Shown here piece by piece: positions 22,546-34,105 of a stretch of 64,000 nucleotides of DNA. The position numbers were made by a program, and so were the translations under genes. Origin of the DNA: Entomortierella parvispora E1425 (taxonomy: Eukaryota; Fungi; Mortierellomycota); NCBI GenBank assembly GCA_020891255.1, contig BQFW01000002.1, forward strand, positions 3,286,001 through 3,350,000, written 5' to 3'. The notes under the pieces were generated by a model that saw only the letters and a list, made by a program, of their open reading frames with translations, was not told the DNA's origin and ran no database searches. Numbering within the stretch: position 1 is the first letter of the stretch; each line of letters begins with the position of its first letter.

Positions 22546-24047
22546 ATGGCTCAGGTTTTCAACAGACTCGGCGGCATCTTCCCCAAGGGCAGCGGCAAAG
22601 GCATCGCCGGAGGTGCCGGTGCCTTGATCACCCTCGGTGCTCTCGGCTACGGTTTCAATGCCGCCCTCTTCAACGGTAATAATCAGAGCCGAATCAAAGA
22701 GACAAACCCAACGCTGGGCAGCAACGGCAGGAACAGGTGCAAAGCTGCTGAGTCGTCCATTTTCTTTCTCTGAATGAGCATGATCGTCTCAGCATGGCTC
22801 ACACTTGATTCCATTCTGCAGGATCAGGCTAGAACAATCACCATGCATTCCTCTATCAAAAGATCTAACATCTGATCTATTCTTTTTGTTTTGCCATCAC
22901 TAGTTGACGGAGGTCACCGTGCTGTCAAGTACTCCCGTGTCTTCGGTGTCCAGAAGGAGGTCTACAACGAAGGAACCCATTTCGTTGTTCCCTGGTTCGA
23001 GACCCCCATCATCTATGATGTCCGTGCTAAGCCCAGAAACGTTGCCTCTTTGACCGGAACCAAGGGTACGTGCGGGACACCTGCAAAAATGGGAGAACAG
23101 ATCGGGACAATGCAGCAACTACAGAGTCACATCAGCCTCCAGGAACCACCTCGGACCGGGCTGTCTTCTATAGTTCCTGGAGTGGGCATGTTGATATTCT
23201 ATCAGGAAAACTGACTTACTTTTTTCGAACAATTATAGATTTGCAGATGGTCAACATCACCGTTCGTGTCTTGTCCCGTCCCCGTGTTAACGACCTTGCT
23301 GAGATCTACCGCACTTTGGGCCAGGATTACGATGAGCGTGTCTTGCCCTCGATCATTAACGAGGTCTCCAAGTCCGTCGTCGCTCAGTTCAACGCTTCCC
23401 AGCTCATCACCCAGCGTGATCGCGTGTCCCGTTTGGTCCGTGAGAACTTGATCAAGCGTGCTGCTCGTTTCAACATTGTTCTCGATGATGTCTCCATTGT
23501 CCACATGGCTTTCTCTCCCGAGTTCACCCAGGCTGTTGAGGCTAAGCAGATTGCCCAGCAGGAGGCTCAGCGCGCTGCCTTCGTTGTCGATCGCGCCATC
23601 CAGGAGAAGCAGTCTATTATCGTTAAGGCTGAGGGAGAGGCCCGCTCTGCTGAGCTTCTCGGTGATGGTAAGTCTTGATGAGGGCTCAAAAGAGGAATCC
23701 ATGGGAATATGCATAGTGGAAAGGAGGATGAACAACCATGTGGATATTGACTAACTGTCTGCCTATTCCGAATTTTTGCAGCCATCAAGAACAAGCCCGG
23801 TTTCATTGAGCTCAGAAAGATTGAGGTCGCCCGCGAGATTGCCTCCATCATCTCCCACTCTTCTAACCGCGTCATGTTGGATGCTGATACCTTGCTGTTG
23901 AACGTCAGCGAGCAGAAGTACGTGCACTCAAATAATCCCCGGGATAGGGATAACTGTAATGATGACAAACGTCACGATATCTAACCGAACATCGTGCCCA
24001 TCACTTTTTTTCACCCCCGTAGGAAGGAGGACAAGGAGAAGAAGTAA
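22546..24047 (+). CDS. PHB2: Prohibitin-2
   Basis: [36 protein letters not shown] and [13 protein letters not shown]; five exons; last exon ends KEDKEKK*. Confidence 0.95.
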
Positions 24048-25965
24048 AAAATCGACCTCCGGAAAGGTTGTTTTTTTGAGAGGAAGTTCTGTTTCTGGAG
24101 AGGGCGTGTAATGACAAAGACGACTACACCCTGGAGGAGACAGGAGATCGCAATGCATTGTTTGTTTTTTAGACATTTTTCACCATAAAAGTTCTTGTAT
24201 ATTGTTATGTTTGCCTCCGTTCGTTGGGACGTTTCAACAATGTCTGATTGCTCACAACCATCACCCAAAGAACCAACGTTATTTCTCTCAAGGAATGCTT
24301 AATCCTTATTTCTTCCCGGCTATCTTAGCACAGCTGGACTGGGGGGAACAAGATCTCGGACGTTGCAACCTTGACAATCTCAGGAACACACGGGGGTGTG
24401 GCTGTCTGTGTTTGTTGATGGTAGCACTAGGAAGGTGACACAAGCAAGCGATTCTGCTTGGACTGAACGCGGCCTTTTTCTGTAGTCCCTGAACTGGAAG
24501 GTGTCGGATGCTCCTGCCTTGTCCATTTTTTTTTTCTCAAGTCTGGCATCTTCCGGTGGACTTGAATGCACCTCAGTGTCGGCTGTGGTTCACTCTTTTA
24601 TTTTTCATTTCGTCTGCCGAGATCAGGCCAAACTAATCGCGTTTATTTTCACATGCGGGATATGAAAACTACCACGGGTTTATGAGACCCAAAAAAACAG
24701 TCGCCATGCGCTTTGGTAACATGGATCATTCTGTTTGAACCCGAAGAGTCGGATATGACGGAGACTAGGGGCAAAGAATGAGAGGGGCTGCCTGGGGGGA
24801 CGGCAAAAAAAAGCACTCTCCACTCTTTTCGTCGCAATAGTCAGCCAAAATACTGTTCAAACTGCCCTCCGCACCTTCCTCCCCTTCAATGGCGTTCCCC
24901 CTTCTATTCCATTATAAAGAAGAGTTGTAAGAAAAGTAAAAGAGACACAAGAAATAAAACACAAAAGAAAAACAAGATCCCCTTGGTCCCTGGTACGGGG
25001 CATGGATGGTGGGAAAGGGGGGGGGATGACAAGATGGAAAAAACAAGTGCATGAGGAGACGCCAATAGATCCTCCTTGATCAGGGATGCAGCACTGAGAG
25101 CCAGGTCTAGAGGGAGCTACTATCTTACTGTTTTCTTCTTTCTCTCCCTCTCTCTTTCTCTCTCTCTCCCCCTTCTGGTATCTCTCTCTCTCTCTCAATC
25201 TCACGGCACGCCCTCGCTGTATCTCCCAGGCGTCTATGCTCAGCAAAGAACGGAGGGACGTAGGTAAGGGAGGAGGGGTCCAGCAGGAGGAACCGCCGAA
25301 AATTCGCATCCAGTGGGTTCCTCCCGTACGCTTTTATGCAGGGAGATCTTTTTCTTGCCGCCAGGATGTATCATGACATGGTCGGCTCTCCAGGTTCTTT
25401 TTCGGTGTCAGATCTGCCTCTCGCCCGGTCTGGTTCCCTTTTGCCATCCCCCCAGTGGCCAGTTCGTGTATGGGCTGCCCCACTCTTGCTCCCTGAAGAT
25501 CAAAAAGACTATCTGCTGATACAGCGCGACTAAAAAGTTTCCTTTTTTTTGGGATCCAACGACAGGTCTCCTTCGCTTTTCTTTCCTTTCTTCTCTTCCT
25601 TCTTCTCCTACTTTGGTTTATCCATTCACCAGTCTCTTTTCGTTCTTCATCAGCCTGTCTTCCATTTCCTTCATCACTCTTCCCATAAGGTAAAAGAAAC
25701 TTCAGAATTCACAAGACCGTTTTGTTGTCCTAAAAAGTCGCCCCTCCCCTCGTTCCTCTACCTCACATCTTCCCTAGCACTGGCACATTGTACCACCATC
25801 TAGAACCCACATCTCTTCCCCTGCCTTTTTTTTTTTTTTTTTGCTTCTGACCCCGCCATCAACGGCCGTTGCACCCTCGAGTTCTGCCTTCTTTCTAACC
25901 ACCAATTCCTTTTCACTTCACACTTAAAGACACTGAGAACAAGAGACTCCAGCAAACACCACAAT

Positions 25966-27943
25966 ATGTCCACACCTAGCGAGTCATCGAACCCAATGGT
26001 TCGAGCAATCCATCGTCACTACAGCGACACCAACTACCACCGTTCTTTGCGTACAATTGAAAGTGAAAAGTACCTCATTTTCAATGTGCCTTTCAACCGC
26101 TGGACAATGTTCCCTACAGCCTTTATGTAAGTTCTTTTCTGTGTGAGAAAAGTAAACGCAAGTATCAGCTTCAAAGCTGACACGTCGCGTGTTTTTTTTT
26201 TCTGTTCACTCCCTTCTTCACAGCTTCCAAGCCATTTGCGGATCCCTCTACGCTTGTAAGTGTGTCATCAGACAATATGAGAGGACCTCTACGGGCTTTG
26301 ATTCTTTAACCGCTTTAAACCTAACGATCCCATCTTTTATGAATCCATCCGTGCCACGTAGGGTCCGTCTTCAATGATCCCATTGACGGTTACATTTACG
26401 GGTTGGTGACCAACCCTGCCACTGGAAAGGCCGCTCCGCCTAGCCATAACGCCGCCATCACTTTTTACATTGCTGTCGGTAAGTCAAGAGCTGTCTAGGT
26501 TCTTCCAGTCAAGATTGGGACGCGTTGTTTTTTTTTACTGTCACGTCCATATCTGTAACACCCCTATTTTTTCTCCTGCTTGTTTGTTTCATTCTGCTAG
26601 GCTGCTTTGGTATCTCATCTGCCATTAACGGTCCTTGGTTGGAGCGCAATGGACCCAAGCTCGCTGCGATCTTGGGTGCGACCGTCTTCTTCTTGGGCAA
26701 CATGATTGCAGCGATCGGTATCTATGCCAAGATCATGGCCCTCCTTTATTTCGGATATGGTGTTCTCGGTGGTGCCGGCTTGGGTCTCTGCTACATCTCC
26801 CCTGTCTCTGCCTTGCAAAAGTGGTTCCCCGATCATCGTGGATTGGCCGCCGGTTTCGCAGTCTGCGGATTCGGTGCAGGCTCCATCATCTTGGCCAAGA
26901 TCCCTCAGCCCTTGATCGAAGCCGTCGGATTGCCTTTGACCTTTGTCGTATTGGGTTGCTGTTACTTTGTGGCCATGTTGTTCTGTGCGTTTGTTTTTCG
27001 TGTCCCCCCTCCTGGGTTCCAAGTCAACGGCATGGACATGTACCGAAACAAGGTCCCAGCCAATGGAGAGGCCCCGGCTGAGGTCGATGCCGAGGCCCAT
27101 GCGAACGAGAAGGCGGCTCAGGATTACAAGGATCCTGGTGTGAACATGGTCTTGAGCTCTGCTATTTTCTCCAAGGAGTACAGGATCATGTACGTCATGT
27201 TCTTTGGCAACTCGATCGCCGGGTTGGTCGTCCTCTCCCGATTGGCCAACATTGTCATGGACATCTTTGGAAAAGATGGGGCCACCGCAGCGACTATTGT
27301 CGCCATCAACGGAGGCTTCAACTTGGGCGGTCGACTCTTCTTCTCGACCGTGTCTGACAAGTTGGGTCGCAAGAACTCGTTCTTTGTCATGTTGTTGTCG
27401 CAAGTGGTCATCTTGGCAACGTTGCCCGTGATCATGGAGAGACAGGTCTACTGGGCTTTCTTGCTCGTCATCTGGATCTTGACGGCCTGTTATGGAGGTG
27501 GATTCGGTTGTATCCCCGCCTTCCTCTGTGATATGTTTGGACCTTCCAACATTGGCGCGTTGCACGGCATCATTCTCACGGCCTGGTCTTTGGCCGGTGT
27601 GGGCGGTGGATTGTTGTTCACTCAGATTTACAACCAGTTGCTCTTGACGGGTTACACAGTCAAGGACGCGGTGGTGTACTCTGCCAACTTGCACTGGATC
27701 TTGGCCGTGGCCTGCGTGGGATTCTTGTTCTTGCTCTTTGTCGGCACTAATATCCACGATCGCTTGCTGCCACAGGTCAAGGGCGAGTTCATGCGATTGA
27801 GAATCTTTGGTCGGTTGGTCCGTATCGGCACCTTTGGTGTTCGCTGGGTCTCGCCGGAGGAGGAGGCATCCGAGTGGGAGGCCTATGTCGATTCGCGGCA
27901 CAAGGAGGCCAGTCGCCCCCCCATCATTGATGGAGCCGTCTAA
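25966..27943 (+). CDS. MFS transporter, OFA/monocarboxylate (L-lactate)-type
   Basis: Four exons including a 32-nt microexon (26224-26255). Motifs GSLYAWSVFN, WLERNGPK, KWFPDHRGLAAG, SDKLGRK and YGGGFGCIPAFLCDMFG; about 12 TM segments. Confidence 0.92.
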
Positions 27944-28933
27944 AAAAGATAAACAAAAAGAGAGAGAGAAGCGACGTCTGGCTTAATCATTGCCCTCTAC
28001 AACTACCATCCATATCATTTATCTTTATCATTCATACCTAATACAAGCCCAACATGAAGGACTACAGGTCACGTGCTCAATATTTTCGACTGGATTTATG
28101 TTCATTTCCGCCGCCTGTCATTTTGCTCCTCCTTTACTTTCTAGCCAACTTTGAAGATGGCAAGTCACGTGTGATTCTCATCCAACCATCCATTGGAAGT
28201 CAGGACTACAACAGCGGCCCTCATCCATCCATTGATACTCGAGCGCCATCCGTCAATCGACACTGCTCCTTCCCGACCATCATTCAGCCAAAATGGAAAT
28301 TTCGACCACGGAAAAGGGAATCCATCTTTGCAAAAATTTGAATCGAGTCCATGATCTCATGGGGTCGATTTGATTCAACCATTGTTTGGCTCTCTCAAAG
28401 TGGTTTCCTGGAGAATGAACGATATCTCTGCTCAGGAGAGGAATCAATTGTTATGAATTGCTGGGACTCGTCATTGATGAGAAACAGGGATCGTGCTGTT
28501 GATTGTTCTCCTGGATGGAAGGAATCGATCAGATCATGGGTGGATGATTGGAGCAAGGGTCCCACAGCAACTCGAGAGATCGTTGCATCCTCGCCATCAA
28601 TACAGACCAGGAGAAGAACAACGGGATCTGGAAGTGTTTCACAAACAGGATGCAAGGACACAGGAGGCAGTTCTCCGAGCCCATTCCTCTTCTTTCATCT
28701 TCTTCCTTGTTACTTTTCACCCTGAAAAAGCGAAAAACGACATGTGGATATCGTGGGAGCAGGGAATCGTTCGGAAGCTACTATCACCCCAGTTTTTCAA
28801 CATGTTTTCAGTTTTTTCGAGTTGCGGTCTTAATAACGCTTTGTCCTTATTTTGTACTCTCTATATCAAAAAAATTGTTTACCGAAAAACTAAATAGTCC
28901 GCTGAAGACCAGACCCAAACCTCGTCCAACATC

Positions 28934-29552
28934 ATGCGCGAGTTGCGCCTTGAGAAGCTCGTTCTCAACATTTGCGTCGGAGAGTCTGGTGACAGACTTA
29001 CCCGTGCCGCCAAGGTTTTGGAGCAGTTGACCGGTCAGACCCCCGTCTACTCCAAGGCCCGTTACACCGTCCGTACCTTCGGTATCCGTCGTAACGAGAA
29101 GATCGCCGTCCACGTCACCGTCCGTGGCCCCAAGGCCGAGGAGATTCTCGAGCGTGGCCTCAAGGTCAAGGAGTACGAGTTGAAGAAGGCCAACTTCTCC
29201 GAGACCGGCAACTTCGGTTTCGGTATCCAGGAGCACATCGATTTGGGTATCAAGTACGATCCCTCCATCGGTATTTACGGTATGGACTTCTTCGTCTGCA
29301 TGAACCGCCCCGGTAACCGCATCACCAAGCGTCGCCGTTGCGTTGCCAAGGTCGGTGCCAACCACCGTGTCAACAAGGAGGAGACCATGAACTGGTTCAA
29401 GCAGCGTTACGATGGGTAAGCAAAATGATCGTTTGTTTTTTTTTTTTTTTTTTTCTTGACTTGAGATATCTATAATGGAGTGTTAAACTGACCATTTGTT
29501 CCATGTTTCTTTTTCTTTCAATTTTTTTAGTATCCTTACCAACCGCAAGTAA
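28934..29552 (+). CDS. RPL11: 60S ribosomal protein L11 (uL5); start uncertain
   Basis: [32 protein letters not shown]...; intron after 29416; last exon ILTNRK*. Confidence 0.96.
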
Positions 29553-30188
29553 ACGGTGGTATCCATGGATATGTCGACATTCAATCTTGAATAATAAACG
29601 TTATCTTCACTTCTTCATTGTTCAATGGTTACACAGTTGGAGACGCGTTTAAGACGCGTCATGATTCCCAAAAAAAGACATATGCTCCCCTTGCTCTACG
29701 CTTCAAAAAGAAAAAGAGAGAGAAAGGATAAAAGGAGTGTCCAGGAGTTCTCCTATTGTCTGTCTCTGTTGTTGCCCGGCATCCAGGGCGGACCCGCAGA
29801 TAGATTTTCTCGAGTCCACGTGCATTCATGGGTTGGCTGTCCGAGATGGTGCACCTTTTTTTTTTGGTTTTCAAGGAGGCTATCAGAGGTTTTGAACCAA
29901 TGCTTCTTCTCGTCCCCCCACGATGGGCTGGCCAGGACTACCTGCCTGCAAGAAAGCCAGCGGGAGAGATAGAGAGAGAGATGTTTTTTTTAGAGCTCCT
30001 TGTACTGCCAGAGTTGGCATTCGTTTTCTAAAAGAAAGAAGCAATGAGTTTTTTTCACTTTTTTGCTTCACTTGATCGTTTCTCCAACTGTTTTTGTTCC
30101 TATACCCCCACCATTGCAGCTCACGCGCCCATAGGACCGTCTCTCTTTCTTCCTCCCCCAATTGCAATTGGATCCAACAGTATACAGT

Positions 30189-30769
30189 ATGGCAACCATC
30201 TCAGTAGACAGAACACAACCATCTCATCCGAGACTTCAAAGGCGACGTAGAGGACGATCCTTCCTTGCTCTTGTTCTTCTCGCCCTCTTCTTCTCTTTGC
30301 TCACTGTCTTCCACCCTGTCTCTGCTCAGGATGACGATTCCGATGGAGGCAGCGACGGCAACGGCGGTCACGCAGATGATCCAGAGCTCACAGGCACCTT
30401 CCCACCCTTGGACGATTCAACGTCCGTACCTTTGACTCCTTCACCTCCTCCCTCACCAGTAACCGCTCCAGATGATGCCTCACCGGCAGCGCTGTCCCCT
30501 TCGGCCACAAAGACCAAAATCCCCAAACCAACGATTGCGCTGCCCACGGTCCTTTACGTGCCCCCAACCGCCCCCAACATGAACCCGAACGCGATCGACC
30601 CATTGTTTCCCCTCGGATCAGAGTCCTGTCAGAAATGCAAATACTTTTACCCAAAACTCAAAGAATGCAACCAGATTGCTCAACAGACCTTGGGATGTTT
30701 GCCTCGTTACCCTCCCAACAACAACGCGTCGCCTCCAGCCTCGTCCTTGATGCCTCCCTTGCCGCCGCC

Positions 30770-30800
<31 letters not shown>

Positions 30801-31389
30801 GGCTTGATGGCGGCTGCACCGACCAGTCCAACAAATCTATTGTCCGCGGCGGCAACCGCAACCACATCGTTTTCGCCAGCCACAACAACCGTTACTGCCG
30901 CGGCCTTGACATCTAATAATAACAGCACGACCACAGCCCCTGCAGACTTTACAACCCTGATGCCGTTCTTGCAATGCATCTGTCCCAGTCAGGGTCTGGC
31001 TGCCACAAAGGTCTGCTTGACATGCTTCCGGATCACGAACCAGCGAAACTTTTTGGATCAGCTTGTCGCCCAGAACGTCAGGTAATTCAGCCAGCCTATA
31101 TTCTTTTTTTTTTTTTTTTTTTTTTGAACATTTCAAATGTTCAAGAATGGGTGAGAACTGACCATGTTTCTGTTGCCTTCTGCCTGGCTGTCAAACATAT
31201 AGCAACTCCCTCTCGGCGTTCCAGGAAGCGTGCATCGACTCTGGCGATGGAACTTTTGTTCCTCCTGGCGCCAAAAAGGGACAGAGTGCCAGTGAAGCGA
31301 ATGATGCATCCCTGCAAGCAGTCATTTCTTCTTGGTCAACCATAGTTCCCATCCTCGCGTTGATGCTCAGTACTATCTACTTTATCTAA
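30189..31389 (+). CDS. Secreted, probably GPI-anchored Cys-rich and Ser/Thr/Pro-rich surface protein
   Basis: Signal-like LALVLLALFFSLLTVFHPVSA; CQKC...C...CIC-x10-CLTC...C module; intron from 31083; hydrophobic C-terminus IVPILALMLSTIYFI*. Confidence 0.8.
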
Positions 31390-31553
31390 TTATCTAAATA
31401 AAATATCGAAATGGAGATCATTCATCCCACAAGTTTTCCATGGAGGTATTGTTTTTTTTTTGTTTGCTTCTTTTTCGGATTTATTTGAATAGAGTACATA
31501 GAAAAAAGTGCAATCTTTGAGTAGTTGACGATGGGTTCGTAATATTTTTTTTT

Positions 31554-34105
31554 TTACAACTTGGACTTGTTGGCCTTGAGGACATCGCCAAGCTTGGTGG
31601 CAAGCATGACCTGTCCCTTGACCTTGATGGCGCCAGACATGAACAACTTCTGGGCGTTGGCAGTGCCAGAGGCGAGGTCGACAAAGGTGCTGTCCTTGAC
31701 CGAGATAACGACATCGGGCTTGGCAGAGGCGGGTCCGGAGCCGACAGCGCCCTCGCCGTTCTTGAGGTCAATGTGGTAAGTGGCAGTCTTGCCCTCATCG
31801 TTGGTGATGTCGAACTGGAAGATACCCTTGATCTTCTTGACCTGGGCCTGGCGATCGGCAGAGGACATGGCCAGGATACCAGTCTTAATCTGCTCGAAAG
31901 CGGCAGCGGACTTGAAGTCACCGGCAGCAGCAGCGGCGGCGGGGGCAGCAGCGGCAGCAGCAGAAGGGGCAGACTTCAAAGCCTCACCCTGGAGCTCAAC
32001 AGCAGCGTTGGAGATGACGATGGCATCACGCTCGACAACACGGACCTGGAAGAGGACCTTGTTACCCTCGCGCCACATGGAGGTCTCGAGGGTCTCGCCG
32101 GGGTTGACAGTCTTGGCGAAACGAACCTTGATGTTCTTGAAGGAGGTGGCATTGTTGTTGCAGTAGGTCTTGAAGATGTGCTTACCGGCAACACCGAACG
32201 AGCAGAGTCCGTGGAGAATTGGGACCTCAAAGCCTCCAACAGCGGCCATGTCGGGGTCGATGTGGAGAGGGTTCCAGTCGCCAGAGAGACGGTAGAGGGC
32301 AGCCTGGTCCTCGCTGGTCTTCTCAGTGACGATGTGATCGGGCTTGCGGCTAGGGGCCTGGTTGACGGCAGTGGCGGCACCGCGATCAGCACCCTCCTTC
32401 TTTCCGCCAAAGTTTCCAGCACCGCGGATGAACATGGTGAACTCGTTGATGCAAATGTCATCTCCGTTCTCGTCAACAGTCTTGACTCCAATGGTGGCAA
32501 CGCATCCCTTGCCCTTGTCGAGAATGTCAACAACATAGGGGGTCGAGGTCAACTTGCCGTGAGTGGGGAAGGGCTTGATGATCTCGAGGTACTGCTCACC
32601 GTGGAGGAGCATCATGGGGTTGAACGAGGGGAGGATCTCGCCAAAGGGAACAGAGTTCATGGCGGTGAACGAGGGGATGACACCGAAGGTGGGGACGGCG
32701 CCGAAAGCCTCGTTGTTCTCGTAAACGAGGTGCAAGTCCTTGCGACCGGCACCGATTCCGAGGTTGTACAGGATGACATCGCGCTCAGAGTACTCAAAGA
32801 CCTCGGGCTCGAAGGTCAAGCTCTTGGCAGCCTCAACATCGACCTTGCCATCGGCAGAGACGACCTTGGGGCGGGCAGCAGCTTCGCCAGCAACGTTCTC
32901 AAAGTTGGCCATGATGCCCTCCATGGACTCGGCGGTGGAGGTGGGGTGGGTGGCGCGACCATCCTCAAAGTCGGTGATCTTGGCCCACTCGCTCGAGATG
33001 TGCTCAGGCATGAGAGACTTGTCAATGGGGAAACCGTGGCCTCCAGTACGCTCCCAGCGGAGCTTTCCGACGAAACCGGCACCGACCTCAAAGATGGATC
33101 CGTTCTCGGTGGTGTCTTCGTGGCAGAGGTACTCGACCAAGGGAGTGACCATCTCGGGCTTCAAGGAGGCGAGCATGTCTGGGGGAAGGACGGTCTCGGT
33201 CATACGGGAAGCAGCCATGGGGGCAATGACGTTGCAGTGGATGTTGTCCTTCTTGCCCTCGAGAGCAAGGGTCTGGGTCAAACCGACAAGGGCGAGCTTG
33301 GCAGCAGAGTAGTTGGCCTGACCTATACAGTTGAAGGAGGTGAAGGAGATGCAGTCTAGGTTAGCGCCTGGTTCCTTCCTGTTCATCCGATCCATTCTTT
33401 GATCCTGCGATCCTGGATGATCCCGAGCGACTTACCAAAGTTACCGTAGAGACCGGCAGCAGAGGCTAGAGAAGGAGAAAGGCAATGGCAATAATCGTGT
33501 TAGTACTCTGATCTCGGAAATTAAGATCATGCTTCTCTTTGCTTGCTTTTCCGCTCTTGTTCTCCTGTTTCGCCCTTTTTCTTCTTCTTTCTCTCTTTCC
33601 CCTGTTGTTTGCTAAACCATGCAGAGTTAAAAGGCACGATAACGGTATACGTACTGGTGTTGATGATACGACCATACTTTTGCTTGCGGAAGATGGGCCA
33701 GGCAGCCTTGAGGACCTTATAGGCACCCTCGACGTGGACCTGGAAGATCAAGTTCCACTGCTGATCGGTCATGCGGGCGAAGGAGACATCCTTGAGGATA
33801 CCGGCGTTGTTGATGACGATATCGACACGGCCGAAGGCCTTCATGGCAGTCTCCACAATCTTGTCACCGTCCAAGACAGAGTCGTAGTTGGCGACGGCCT
33901 TGCCGCCGGCAGCACGAATCTCGTCCACGACCAGATCGGCAGCGCGGGAGGAGGCACCCTCGCCGGTGTGGGATCCACCGAGATCGTTCACGACCACAGA
34001 GGCACCACGGGCACCGAAGGCGATGGCGTGGGATCGTCCGAGTCCACCGCCGGCACCGGTCACGATAACGACACGTCCGTCGAAGCGCAAGTTGTTGTCA
34101 GCCAT
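31554..34105 (-). CDS. FOX2: Peroxisomal multifunctional enzyme type 2 (SDR + hydratase 2 + SCP2, PTS1)
   Basis: [13 protein letters not shown] and YSAAK SDR motifs; LHGEQY and [14 protein letters not shown] hydratase-2 motifs; SCP2 domain; terminal SKL. A 30-nt microexon lies at 33436-33465. Confidence 0.96.

Noticed and set aside
26615-27901. 428-aa minus-strand ORF antisense to the MFS transporter; similar antisense ORFs over PHB2, RPL11 and CHC1
   Set aside because: Mirror-frame artefacts of biased codon usage.
31773-33359. 528-aa plus-strand ORF antisense to FOX2
   Set aside because: Shadow ORF from strong codon bias of a highly expressed gene; no recognisable motifs of its own.
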